IMG/VR virus record: IMGVR_UViG_3300049004_000016
Span: 1 to 64,000 of that record
Length of the DNA: 64,000 nt
DNA from: a virus
Taxonomy: Duplodnaviria > Caudoviricetes
Reading direction: 5' to 3' (one strand)
Part shown: in pieces, positions 49,388-61,445 of the stretch
Position numbering within the stretch: the stretch's first letter is position 1
How the letters are laid out: each line of letters starts with the position of its first letter
Program-made: the position numbers and the translations under genes
Notes under the pieces: generated by a model
What the model was told of the DNA's origin: nothing
What the model saw: only the letters and a program-made list of their open reading frames with translations
The model's database searches: none

Positions 49388-50212
49388 GTGATGGTGTCTC
49401 CACGCAGACTGCTAGGCGGAGCTGCTGTCGGCTCCGCTGTTGTGATCTTGTCCGCGATGCTGTCCGGCTCGGCTGTCGCCGCCGCTGACCCGCCAGGTTG
49501 CAGCAACGAGAACGCCGGTGCTGCCGGTCAGACCCTGACCAACTGCGGTAGTGGCCTGCTGCACCTGGGTGTCCACCTGCCGCCGGTGCATGTCGGTGCC
49601 AACGTGAACGTGCCGAGCTGCCCGGACGCCACTGCCGCGCTGGTCGAGGCGCACGTGATCGTCGGTGGGACCAACGGCAAGGCTGGGACGTCGCGGCGCC
49701 TGGCTGATGCTGAGGCAGCGAACGCGGCAGCGATGAAGAACCTCGACGTGATCGCGAAGCAGTACTACCCGGTGCGCGACGCGGCGACCGCAGCGACCGA
49801 CGCTCTGACCAAGTACGACGCCACCCACGGCGCCAAGGGCCAAGACCCGGTGGACCCGATCGCCCACGCATCTCTGGTCACGGAGCGTGATCACGCAGCG
49901 GCGACGCTCAAGACCGTGGGGCAGCAGTTCTTCGACGCCACCTCAGCGGTCTACGGCCCCAACGGCACCAAGGCCAACCTGGAGACGTGCCGCAAAGCTG
50001 AGGGCACCGCAGAGCAAGGTGTCGTAGACGCCGAGGTCGTCATCGGACAGGCGTGCAAGACACACCCCGTCCCCCCACCGGCCGCCGCGCCACCAGCACC
50101 AGAGGCACCACCCGAGCAGGGCCCATCGGTGATCATCTATCCGGGAACGCCCGGCCAGCCACCGACCGCCGATAGCCAGACCGTGGTAACTCACCTCCCG
50201 GTGACCGGCTAG
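49388..50212 (+). CDS. secreted protein ending in LPVTG
   Basis: N-terminal SPRRLL (Tat-like) signal, coiled coil, Pro-rich linker, terminal HLPVTG. Confidence 0.65.
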   Translation: MMVSPRRLLGGAAVGSAVVILSAMLSGSAVAAADPPGCSNENAGAAGQTLTNCGSGLLHLGVHLPPVHVGANVNVPSCPDATAALVEAHVIVGGTNGKAGTSRRLADAEAANAAAMKNLDVIAKQYYPVRDAATAATDALTKYDATHGAKGQDPVDPIAHASLVTERDHAAATLKTVGQQFFDATSAVYGPNGTKANLETCRKAEGTAEQGVVDAEVVIGQACKTHPVPPPAAAPPAPEAPPEQGPSVIIYPGTPGQPPTADSQTVVTHLPVTG

Positions 50213-50936
50213 GCCGTTTGCTCCCCGCCCGGTGGCCCCTACTTCCGAGGGGGGTCACCGGGTCTCGGGATACCGGCCTGATGGACCGGGTCACACCCCA
50301 GACAGCACACGCACCGGCAGCCGGAGCGGAACCCCCAGAGCGTCCCGTGGGCGACACCAGCAACGAACCCTGATAGCGGCTGCACGTGCATCTACGATCT
50401 CGCCTCCGTGGTGGGGGCACGAGAATACGTTCCAAGCACTGCCGGCGCCGCCGCAAGCGCGGACTGTGGCGTGTCGTCCAGGTCCTGGGGCTAGCCGCTG
50501 GACTCGCAGTGTGCGCGCTGCTGGTGGCCATGATCGTGGCCGGTCTGCTGATCGGGTTGTTCGCTCTAGCGTTCGGTTAAGGACCCACTAAGGTGCCCCG
50601 GTGCATGAATCACCGTCCGGTGATCTTGAGGCGCGGGTCGAAGAATTGGAGCGCAAGGTGGCGGAGCTGATCGCAACGTTGGAGCAGGCACAGGCAGCGG
50701 TTGATGAGCTGGAGTCGCTGGTCGACGCGAAGGACGCGGCCACGATCAGCGTCACAGCCGCGTTGACGGAGCGGGTCAAGGCCCTCACGGAGCGGGTCAA
50801 GGACACCACCCCCGGTAACGGTGCCGGTCCGGCTGTCTCCGACAACCCCACCACCACGAGCTCTGATGGTGCCGCACTCGACACCGGCACACCGTGGAGA
50901 AGTGGATCTATCCTGTAGCAACCGAGGAGGCACCCG

Positions 50937-51092
50937 ATGATCGTTCTAGGTTTGATCCTGCTGGTGGTCGGATGGCTGTTGCCGATCTCACTCCTGGTCA
51001 CACTGGGCATTATCTTGATCGTCGTCGGGGTAATCCTGGAGATCATGGGAACCATGGGGCGTCCCGTTGGCGGTCGCCGCCACTACTACTGA
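50937..51092 (+). CDS. DUF6131-like small membrane protein
   Basis: MIVLGLILLVVG...GRPVGGRRHYY; GAGGAGG RBS (not in ORF track). Confidence 0.75.
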   Translation: MIVLGLILLVVGWLLPISLLVTLGIILIVVGVILEIMGTMGRPVGGRRHYY

Positions 51093-51891
51093 GGACGGCC
51101 TGAATGAGTGATCTGCCACCGGGATGGGACAAGACGTTGACCGCAGCGAAACGCAAAATGACCGGCCAGCAGGAACCGACTGTCGGCCGGGCGGTCCACT
51201 ACGTCGCCCACGGCACCACGGACTGCGTCGCAGCGATCATCACGAAGGTCTTCCCCGATCCCACCGATGGGCCACCGATCGGGCGGTGTGAACTGGTGGT
51301 GTTCAGCAGTGACCGGCCGTCGCCGCTGTACCGAAACGCCGACCTGGTGGCCACCGGGTCGGTTGACTCCTGGCACTGGCCGACCATCACGTAAGCGAGA
51401 GGATTTCGGGGCAAGTGGGGCAGGTAGCGACGTTCGCGTGTGCAGTGATCTTGTTTGTGCTGGCTGGGATGGCGGTGCTGGCGTGGACCGACCCCGACCG
51501 CAAGCGCCGGCACCGACCTGGGGTCACGCTCGACACCGAGTACAACATCCGCCCGGTGGCCCAAATGCCACGGCAACCGGCCACCCCGAGCCACGCCACC
51601 CAGGTGATCCGTAGCCGAGGGCTGCCAGCCGGGTACGACCCGCCGACCACCATGCTCCGTCCCGCGCCGCGCGGTTACGTCGCATCGGACGGCCGACCGG
51701 AACCGCTGACCCCACCGCGCGCACCGTCCGGGGTGTCCCGCCCCTACGTCGCGCCGGTGCCGTCCCAGGCGAGCCGGGTCCACGACCGGTTCCACTGCCC
51801 CGGCTGCATGTGCGGACACCGCACCTAACACGCCTGTCGCGGAATGCCACCGATCGGTCACACGTAGTCATTCGTGCCGTTCGTCCCGTAA

Positions 51892-52655
<764 letters not shown>

Positions 52656-52656
<1 letters not shown>

Positions 52657-53354
52657 TGGCCGGTAAGCACCGCGCACCGTCCCCGTTCCGACCTAAGGTG
52701 CCCCGGTTCGCTGTCGGTGCCGTCGCCGCGTCGGTGGCGTTGACCGCAGTGTCATCCACGGTGATGCCGATGGCGACCATGGAGCCGATACCGCAACCGA
52801 CCGTCCCCGCACCCGCGCCGGTGCTGCTGTTGGAGATGCCACCGTGGACCACGTCGCTGGCCGCGCTGTACCTGCCCCACCTCGACACCCCACCCGTGGT
52901 GCACCCAGTGACCCTGGCCGCTGACACCCATCCCACCGACGCGCCCCACCAGACCAAGCACCCCGAGCCGGTCACCGTCAAGGCCGCTGGTGTCGCTGGT
53001 GGGCTCGCCGCCCGCGCCATCACCGCAGCCATGGGCCAGCAAGGTGTCCCCTACGTCTACGGCGGCAACACACCCGGTGGTGGCCTGGACTGCTCATCGC
53101 TGGTCCAGTACGCCTACCGCACCGCCGGCATCACCCTGCCGCGCACCGCCGGTGCCCAAGCCTCGATGGGTCGCACCGTCAGCCTGGCCGACATCCAGCC
53201 CGGTGATCTCCTGTACTTCTACAGCCCGATCACGCACGTCGCGATGGCACTCGGAGGCGGCAAGATCATCGAAGCCAGCCAGCCCGGCCACCCCATCGCG
53301 GTCCGGTCGCTGTACACCAACGGCCTGGCACTGATCAAACGCCTCATCGGGTGA
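52656..53354 (+). CDS. secreted NlpC/P60 peptidoglycan endopeptidase
   Basis: GVPYVYGG...LDCSSLV..AY...LPRT...PGDLLYF...HVAM. Confidence 0.92.
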
Positions 53355-53359
53355 CAGCG

Positions 53360-53596
53360 TCAGAACGCCACCACCAGGCCGGTTTCCCTCCTGATGTCAG
53401 CCAGCGCCTTATGCCTGACCCGACCGCAGCTCTCACCGCCGGAGACGAAGGCGACTCGGCTGGGACTCCTGGGGTTGGTCACCCTGAAATGCCCGTTAGC
53501 TGTCAAGGTGTACTGCCCGCCAGCGTCGGTGATGGCTCTCGCCAACTTCCTGGAGTAGCTGTTCTGGAACTTCCGGCCTGCTCGACGTTTGCCCAT
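53360..53596 (-). CDS. HicA-like toxin-fold protein
   Basis: KLARAI..AGG...T.NGHFRV..P...V..S...ADIRR. Confidence 0.6.
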   Translation of the reverse strand: MGKRRAGRKFQNSYSRKLARAITDAGGQYTLTANGHFRVTNPRSPSRVAFVSGGESCGRVRHKALADIRRETGLVVAF

Positions 53597-54304
53597 GCAC
53601 AGCATGATCCCACGAGAAACACAGGTCAGTAACAGTGACGAAGGAACAACACTGGGGTCTGCGTATCACTGATCGGCTCCTGCACACCAGCCACGTCATC
53701 GACTACGGACCCAACCAGGCCGACGCCGTCAACGACACCCACATCCCACGCCGCGACTTCATGTCCGTCGAGCTGATGGCACGCACCGCGACCTACACAG
53801 AGTGGGAAACCGCCCCTTCCCAGGAGCGGCCACCACTCAACGGCTGACCAACACCACCAGCGCCATCGCAACCATCACCAGCGGAACCACACTGACCACC
53901 ACAATCCTGTTCAACAACCTGCGTCCCATGATCGTTTCCTCCTGGCCTGTCAGTTGGGGTAGCTGGTGAAGTTCACCGCGTTGGCCGGTGCGCCGGTCAC
54001 GTCGCCACAAATCTTCTCGGTCGGCAAGCTGGCCTTGACCTCATCCCAGCACCCCAACCCACTCACCGGCCGGTGCTGCCCAATCGCGAACAAGTGCCCC
54101 ACCGTGGCCACGATCCCGTCCCACAGTCCCCGCACCAGCTCCGTCGCGAAGCTCACCACCGCCGGACCGTAAGCCAAGATCAACGCCCCCGCGATGGTGG
54201 TCACAACCACAGGCAGTACGTAGGTGGTGGCGTTCCGGCGAATGGTGTTGGCGTTCATGACTGGCTCCCTAGTTCGTGTCGGCCGGTGTTGGCCTCTCAC
54301 TCCC

Positions 54305-54333
54305 TATATCGCCCGCCCGACCTGCGGTGTTAC
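54305..54333 (-). promoter_or_regulatory. class II SigD-like promoter
   Basis: GTAAC-N17-CGATATA. Confidence 0.7.
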
Positions 54334-54697
54334 ACATCCCCGAAAACGGTCCGGCCCGGTGACCGCAACGCCGCCAACCGCACCGCCAACGCGTGCTTCT
54401 CCACCCGCGTCAACGCATCCACCGGGTCCTCCAGAGACCCCCACACCACATCCCGCATCACCCGCTCCGCCCGCCACACATCCACACCCTGCACCAGCAA
54501 CGACACCTCCAACCGCCCCAACATCCCCCGCGCCCACTTCACCTGGGTGTGAAACAACGGGTCACGCATATAAGCCTCACCCGCCCCAAACACCGTCACC
54601 AAGTACTCCTCGATCAACCTCTCCGCGATCACCCGAACCTCCTCGCGTCAACAGCACCGACACCACAGCTCACCACGGCATGACCAGGAGGTTCGCC

Positions 54698-55321
54698 ATG
54701 AGCACCACGCGCGTGAAAAACGGGCACCGGTTGTGCGCCGCGAAGGCCAAACACGGGCGTGGTTTGTGCGGTGGCTGGGCCCTCAAAGGGTCGGATTATT
54801 GCGATGACCATTTGATCAACCCCGAGGCTAGGAGGAGGGCTGCTGTGCGCGCTGAGTTGGAGCGGTGGGGTCTCGGTGACACCACCATTGATCCTGGTGA
54901 GGTGCTGTTGCGCCTGGTCAGCCAGTCAGCGAACCGCGCGGAGTTCTTGTCGGGGTTGCTGGAGGAGCAGTACCGGCGTGTGGAGTCCGGTGAGTCGACT
55001 ACGACGTTGCCGGCGCGCCTGTCGGTGTTCGTTGGTCGGACGTTCGCCCTGAACCGCAATGGTGAGCCGGTGCCGGTCGCGGAGGCGATCCGTGCCCTGG
55101 TGCAGCTTGAGGGTGAGGAGCGGGATCGGTGCGCGAACTTCGCCGCTAAGGCCGTGGCCGCTGGTTTGGCTGAGCGTCAGGTGCGTCTCGCCGAGCGGCA
55201 GGGGGAGATGATGGCTGAGGTCCTTCGGGCAGTGCTCGGCGATGAGGCGCTGGGTTTGTCTGAGGCGCAGGTCGCGATGGTGCCGGTGTTGCTGAGGGAG
55301 CACCTGGCGATCGCGTCTTGA
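54698..55321 (+). CDS. putative terminase small subunit
   Basis: C.AK...C...A..G..YC..H N-terminus; ERDRCA.FA..A..AGLAERQVRLAE helix typical of actinophage TerS-like proteins. Confidence 0.6.
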   Translation: MSTTRVKNGHRLCAAKAKHGRGLCGGWALKGSDYCDDHLINPEARRRAAVRAELERWGLGDTTIDPGEVLLRLVSQSANRAEFLSGLLEEQYRRVESGESTTTLPARLSVFVGRTFALNRNGEPVPVAEAIRALVQLEGEERDRCANFAAKAVAAGLAERQVRLAERQGEMMAEVLRAVLGDEALGLSEAQVAMVPVLLREHLAIAS

Positions 55322-55358
55322 TGGTTGCCCACCGGGGCTAGCCGTTAGAACGGGCCAC

Positions 55359-58300
55359 CTAGCTGCTGGTGGACAGTTGCACCGCACCGTGGGTCTTGAT
55401 CAGGTCGATCAGTTCCTTGGTCTGGTCGTACAACGGCCCGGACGCCGCCACGGCGAGGACACCACGCAAGAACGGCAGCATGGTCTTGTCGATGCTGATC
55501 CAGTCGGAGCTCAACGACCCGTCGTGGTTGAACACTTCACGGGCGATCACGTACTTGAGTTGGTCGCCGAGCCGGTTGCCTTCCGGGACGTTGGGCACTG
55601 GCCGCCAGTACAGGTTGGTGCTCATCGGTGGTTCTCCCCGGCCACGCACCTAGCGTTGGTGCACACCCCGGTGTCGGGCAGCGGTTGTCGGCACACGCAG
55701 CAGTCCACACCGAGTAGCCCCGGCAACCCCAGGGACGTCAGGTACCGGTGGCGTTCGGTCGCGTAGGAGTTGAGCCGCCGGGCGGTGCCAGCGGTGCCTT
55801 CGGTGCTGGTGTCGTTCACAGTGCCTGCCCCGTCTGCCGTCCGAATCCAACCCGGCGGTGCCGGCCAAGGTGGTCCAGGCCAACCCGTAGCGCACCGGGC
55901 TGCCCACCGGGGGACCAGTCGTTGGCGCCGCACAACGGCACCCGGCATGACCAGTACCAGGTGCCGGAGCTTGGGTCTTTGTACACGGTCAGTGGCCGCA
56001 CGGTGGTCGTTCCTCTTCCTGGCCGGTGCCGAAGTCCACGGGGCCCATGATGATGCTGTCGGGGTCCACGCCATACAACTCGGCGAGACGCCGCGTGCAC
56101 AGTGTCATCAGCGCCGCCAGGTTGCGTTGCGCCCCGGCGTCAACGTTGACGGTGCACACGGTCTCACCGCCCCGGTCGTTCACCGATGATGCACTCACAG
56201 CCACGGCAGTCCCAGATCAGCAGCCCACCGAACACCCACCGGATGTGGCCTAGCCACGGGTGCCCACAGGTGCAGTGGAGCGGTTGGCTGGTCATCGTTG
56301 ACGCCCTGCTGGTCGTAGGCATATGTCGAGGATGGCGAACGAGTCGCGCCGGACTAGGACACCGTCGCCATCATCGTTGATAGCCACCAGCGCCCACTGG
56401 TCACGGCCGACCAGACACGGCACCTTGACCCGGAATGCCTCTCTGGTGGCGTCGTCCGCGAACGTGGTTGTGATGTGGAAAGACCCGGAGAACCCCAGGT
56501 CAGCGAACGCCTTGGGCACCTCAATGGTCACGACAACCCGCTCCCCGTCCACACCCTGGGTAGCGGTTCCGGCCCGTCATAGCTCAGGCACGGGCACGGC
56601 ACCCACTCATGACCGTTGCGGCTGCCGTTCGACCAGTAGTGGGGGCGCTCGATTTGCGCCGCGCACTTCTTCCCTTCCTCGTGGATGCCATACCCGTGGG
56701 TGCAGGAACACACTGCGACCTCTGGGGTTACTGATGTCTGCGTCCTCCTGGTCTGACGGCCGGTGACCCATCCCGCTAGGGCTAGGGCGCCACCTACACC
56801 GAGGGTGATCGGATCGAACATGGTCAGCCCTTCCCCACCCGCTCAGCCAGCCGGGCAGCGAACTGGTCGAACGTCTCACCGTCGCTGTGCCGGTCATCAT
56901 CGGTGACCACGATCCGCAGGAAGCTGGTTTCCTTGCCCGTGGTCCACCCGATGCCGTAGAACTGCTCCGCCAACACCAGCAGCACATCAGCCGTGCCCGG
57001 TGTGGCCTCGGTCGCTGGCACGTACCGGACACCATCGATGACCACCACCGGCCGCTTCACTGCCATGGCCGTTTCCTTCGCTCTAGCCAAGGTCGCGGCG
57101 TCGCGCTCAGCGTCGGCCTGTGGTTGCATGGCGCGGTCCAGGTCGCGTAACTCTTCCGGGACCTGATGGTCTGTCACTGGTCAGCCCTCCGTTGGTTGGT
57201 GGCCTAGAACAGCGGTGCCTTGACGTACTCATTACCGTCGCGCACCAAACGGTCACGACTGGTCGCGATCCGCCCGTTGCGCCGCTCAAACGCCGCCAAC
57301 GCAGCGACGGTCCCACCGGGGTCTTCCTCATAGTCCCTGGCAGGGTCGGTGGGGAGGAGGAAGTTAAGCAGTCTCATGATCGAAGTCTCCTTAGAATAGT
57401 GGTGTCTTCTCATCCGGGGGTGCGAAGACGCCCGGTCAAGGTGAGGGGGCTGCGGCCATCTTTTGTTTCCACCCCTGGGGCGGAGGGGCGGCACGACTGA
57501 TTCCCGCTACATTCGGGCTCTCCGCAGTACCCGCAACTGGAATTGGAATTGCTGCCCCCGGATGGCGTAAACGGCCACATGGTCATTCCCTTCCTTCGGT
57601 TTGGGTTCGTAGTTCCTGACAACGTGCCTGGTCATGGACCCTGACAACGATGTTGCAGACCCCGTCCTCAACGTCACCGGATACGACCTCCACCCACCGC
57701 TTCCACGTATCAGCCGGGTCGCCATCACGGGTGGATTCCAGGACCACGATCCGGGTACCGCAGCACTCACACTGCTGGTGGAGGCCGTCTGACCACGACC
57801 CCCACACCAGCAGTGACCGGCCGCGCGCGTCTGCCCCCGCCCATCTGTCTTGGAGGAACTGCCACGCGGCTGCGGTGATCATTAGTCCTTCATCAAGTCC
57901 GCGTCGGACGTCCTGGACATCAAATCGTGGACGCCTTCCAGGGCTGCCCGGTTTTCGTCGGTCACCACGATTTCCTGCTCATCTGCCATTGCCTTCTCCT
58001 TTCCTGTCATCCATCTCTGGGCCTGCTCACACCGGGTGCACCGGTTGCAGGTGTCTATGCCGGTCGGTTCGTTCTCCAGGTGGTCATCGATGGTGATGAA
58101 CGACCCGCACACGGTCCGTCCCACCTCGGTGTTCTCCTGGTTACGTGGCCGGTGCCGGTCGTCACGGAGTAGGTGGCTGGTCAGCCATCGTTGCTTCTTC
58201 ACCCACCGCCCGCCCATCACCGGCCGCCGGATTCTGGTCGCGGGTGGACACGGTCAACGGACACCAGGCACGGCTCGAACTGGATCTCCACCAGCGGGTT

Positions 58301-58638
58301 GGTCGGTGTCGAGACCTTGGTGACGGTGGCGAACCCGAAAGGCGCGGTGTCGTCGTAGCGGTCTTCCGAGATCCACACCCGGTCGCCGGGCTTGAGCTGG
58401 CTCATGATCGGTTGCCGATCGACTGGACCAGCTTGACGTGGCTGACGCTCATACCGACGCGCCTGGCTACAGCGGTAGGCCCGTCGTCGGCTAGCAGCTT
58501 GAGGATCGCAGCGTCGCGTATGCGGTGTGCCTCGGTCCGCTTCTCGGCGATCTGTTCGTCGTACTGCTTGACTGCGGCCACCAGCTCCGCTGGATCGTCC
58601 AGTTCCCTGATCTTGTCAAGGGTCCACGGTGCGGTCAT
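55359..58638 (-). other. block of ~12 small minus-strand hypothetical genes, led by an HTH gene (58402-58638)
   Basis: tightly packed short ORFs; GPTAVARRVGMSVSHV HTH motif. Confidence 0.55.
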
Positions 58639-58788
58639 CCGCTAACCATATACCCGATAGTCGGCTAACTCAACAACCGCCAGTGAGCTGGGCAAACGCC
58701 TCTTACCGGTGCCGGTCTCCCACGGGCCGGTGACCGCACGACGTAACGTGCACGCCGACACCGTCCATGCCCAACTTTGGAGGCCACA

Positions 58789-58944
58789 ATGCCTGGACTG
58801 ATCATCGGACTGCTGATCCTGTGGGCGATCGTCGCGATCATCGGTTTCGCGATCAAGGCCCTGCTGTGGCTGGCCATCGTCGGCTTGGTCTTCTTCGCCG
58901 TGACCATGATCGCCGGACTGATCGCCCACGCACGGAAGCGGTAA
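58789..58944 (+). CDS. small two-TM membrane protein
   Basis: GGAGG RBS; MPGLIIGLLILWAIVAIIGFAIKALLWLA. Confidence 0.6.
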   Translation: MPGLIIGLLILWAIVAIIGFAIKALLWLAIVGLVFFAVTMIAGLIAHARKR

Positions 58945-58964
58945 CCCCGAGGAGTTGAGCGCGC

Positions 58965-59576
58965 ATGCCAGCACCACCAACACTGGAGATCACCTACTAC
59001 CCGGTGACCGATCTCCGCCCGTACTACCGCAACGCCCACAAGGGCAACACCGGCCGCATCCGTGGATCGTTGCGTGACCACCGCCAGTACAAAACGATCA
59101 CCGTCAATAAAGGAACCCACACCGGGCGCCCCAACGAGGTCCTGTGCGGCAACCACACCCTGGACGCCGCCGCCGCTGAGGGCTGGCCGACGCTGGGCGC
59201 GGTCACCATCGACGTCAGTGACGACGAAGCCGCCCAGATCAACCTGATCGACAACCCCCGCGCCGGCAACCCCCAGGACCTCGACTACGACGAACGCCTG
59301 CTGCTGGAGTTGCTGACCGGGCTGCCCAGTTTGGACGGCACCGGGTATGACCCCCACGACATCGCGAACCTGGCCGCGCTGCTCGACGAACCAGCGTGGG
59401 GCACCGGTGGTGGCGGGTCCGGTGGTGACCACGGTGAACCGGACGACACCCAGTTCTGGCCCCAGATCAAAATGCGTGTCCCCCCGGTGGTGTTCGACCA
59501 GTGGCGGACCCTGATCGACGGCTACGACGGCAAAGACGACATCGAGAAGCTGACCGCGATGCTGGCCGACCGGTGA
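58965..59576 (+). CDS. ParB-like N-terminal domain protein
   Basis: LRPYYRNA...I..SL...Q...I.V...VLCGNHT..AA. Confidence 0.8.
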   Translation: MPAPPTLEITYYPVTDLRPYYRNAHKGNTGRIRGSLRDHRQYKTITVNKGTHTGRPNEVLCGNHTLDAAAAEGWPTLGAVTIDVSDDEAAQINLIDNPRAGNPQDLDYDERLLLELLTGLPSLDGTGYDPHDIANLAALLDEPAWGTGGGGSGGDHGEPDDTQFWPQIKMRVPPVVFDQWRTLIDGYDGKDDIEKLTAMLADR

Positions 59577-60646
59577 CGACACCCGTCCTGCCGGTGATGA
59601 ACATGCTGTGGTCCTACGTCTACGCCCGCAAGACCACACACCTGGACACGTTCCTCGGTGGGTTAGCGCCGCAACGGATGCGCGTGTTCGCTGACTCCGG
59701 TGCCCACTCCGCCCGCACCCTCGGTTTGCACCTCGACATTGACGACTACGGGCAGTGGCTGACCAAATGGCATGAGTGGTTCACGATCTACTGCAACCTC
59801 GACGTCATCGGTGGCCCCGAAGGCACCTGGCGTAACCAAATGCACCTGGAGCAACGCTTCAACCTCCACCCCATGCCGGTATTCCACACCGGTGAGGACT
59901 TCGACGTCTTGGAGCGCTACATCGACGCCGGGTACACCTACATCGCACTCGGGAAGCTGCTGGGCAACAGCGTCAAGGCCCTGCAACCGTGGCTGGCGAA
60001 AGCGTTCCGGGTCGCTGACGGGCGCGCGGTGTTCCACGGGTTCGGGATGACGGTGTGGCGGCTGCTGCTGGAGTTCCCGTTCTACTCCGTGGACTCCAGC
60101 TCCTGGGGTGCCGGCGTCAGGTACGGCAACATGCGGTTGTTCCACCGTGGCCGCTGGGTCCACATCCGGTTGCGTGACCTCGATGACGTCAAAGCCAACC
60201 GTGGTGTCCTCGACGCCTACCAGATCCCTTACCGGTCGTTGACTGGTGACGGGTATGACCGGGACATGGTCGCCGGTGCCTGTGCTGCCGCTATGTACCG
60301 CGCGGCGCGGTGGGTCGCGGACGTCCACGGGCATGTGGAGCTGCCACCCGGTAAGGGGTACCCGCCACCGAACCAGACGGAGAAGGTCCTGCCGGCCCAG
60401 GGTGACCCCGGTTTGCACACCTACCTCGCCGACACCGCCACCAAGGGCCACCAGCTCAACGCCGCCGGTGCTACGGGGTTCCACACCTACCTCGCGGACA
60501 CGCTGGCGATCGGGCATCAGCGCAACGCCCTGGGCGCTACGGGGTTCCACACGTATTTGGCGACGACTGGGGTGGTGGAGCACACCAGGCATTCCAGTGG
60601 GATGCCCCGCGCGGCCGACCCTGATGAGGTGGTGGCCCCGTGCTGA
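59573..60646 (+). CDS. dpdA: DpdA-family (TGT-like) 7-deazaguanine DNA transglycosylase
   Basis: DSGAHS, LDVIG, PVFH, IALG, HGFG, SVDSSSW; clustered with queD/queE/folE. Confidence 0.8.
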   Translation: MTTPVLPVMNMLWSYVYARKTTHLDTFLGGLAPQRMRVFADSGAHSARTLGLHLDIDDYGQWLTKWHEWFTIYCNLDVIGGPEGTWRNQMHLEQRFNLHPMPVFHTGEDFDVLERYIDAGYTYIALGKLLGNSVKALQPWLAKAFRVADGRAVFHGFGMTVWRLLLEFPFYSVDSSSWGAGVRYGNMRLFHRGRWVHIRLRDLDDVKANRGVLDAYQIPYRSLTGDGYDRDMVAGACAAAMYRAARWVADVHGHVELPPGKGYPPPNQTEKVLPAQGDPGLHTYLADTATKGHQLNAAGATGFHTYLADTLAIGHQRNALGATGFHTYLATTGVVEHTRHSSGMPRAADPDEVVAPC

Positions 60647-61035
60647 TCCGCACTATCACGGTGGGACCTTTCCGGGTGTATTTCGGCAACGTCAACGTCC
60701 CGATGGGCATCCGGGGCCATTACCACACCGCTGACGTGTCGCTGGTGTATTCGGTGGGCCCATCCCGCCACGGGTACCCCTCGTTCAAAACCACGAACGA
60801 CGCCATCCGTGACCAGTTGCAGAAGCTGACCAAAGGCATATTCCGGGACGCCACCAACGAGGACGTCGCTGACCGTTTATTCCATGCGTTCGATGGGTGG
60901 GTGGCACCGGAATGGGAACCGTGGGGTGGTGACTACAAACTGGCCGCTGTCCACCTCGACGTGATGGGTGTGTTGGATGACATCGGCCATGACGATTCCA
61001 CCACCAGGTACACCACGGCGAGAGGCCCCGAGTGA
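60640..61035 (+). CDS. QueD-paralog / T-fold-like unknown protein
   Basis: HYH motif and ATNEDVA echo QueD HGH and PTxENIA; embedded in dpd cluster. Confidence 0.5.
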   Translation: MLIRTITVGPFRVYFGNVNVPMGIRGHYHTADVSLVYSVGPSRHGYPSFKTTNDAIRDQLQKLTKGIFRDATNEDVADRLFHAFDGWVAPEWEPWGGDYKLAAVHLDVMGVLDDIGHDDSTTRYTTARGPE

Positions 61036-61445
61036 GCGCGTTCATAGCGGTACGGCACAACATTGAGGTAGCACACCGGCTGCACCGGCTACCAGGGAAG
61101 TGCGAGAACATCCACGGCCACTCGATGTGGGTCCAGTTGGAGCTCACCGGGCAGCTCGATCACCGTGGCCTGCTCGATGGCCTGGACTTCGGTGCGGTCA
61201 AACGCGAATACCGCAAGCACCTGGACACCAAGTACGACCACCGGCTGCTGCTGGATGTGGATGACCCGCTGACCTCGGTGGGTGCGGTGAAGCTACCGGG
61301 GTTGCGGCCCACGGCCGGGCAGCCGACCACGGAGAACATCGCCCGGTGGGTCGGTGAGTGGGCGGTGGAGAACTTCCCGTCCGCTACCGGTGGCACGGTC
61401 ACGGTCCATGAGACCCACGTCAACCAGGCCGGGTGGTTGTGGTGA
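61032..61445 (+). CDS. queD: 6-carboxytetrahydropterin synthase
   Basis: AHRL...KCENIHGHS, LDFG, DHRLL, PTTENIA, ET. Confidence 0.93.
   Translation: MSAFIAVRHNIEVAHRLHRLPGKCENIHGHSMWVQLELTGQLDHRGLLDGLDFGAVKREYRKHLDTKYDHRLLLDVDDPLTSVGAVKLPGLRPTAGQPTTENIARWVGEWAVENFPSATGGTVTVHETHVNQAGWLW

Noticed and set aside
58743-58770. GTAAC-N17-CCATG as an eleventh class II promoter
   Set aside because: The -10 lacks the conserved CGA, so it is too weak to count
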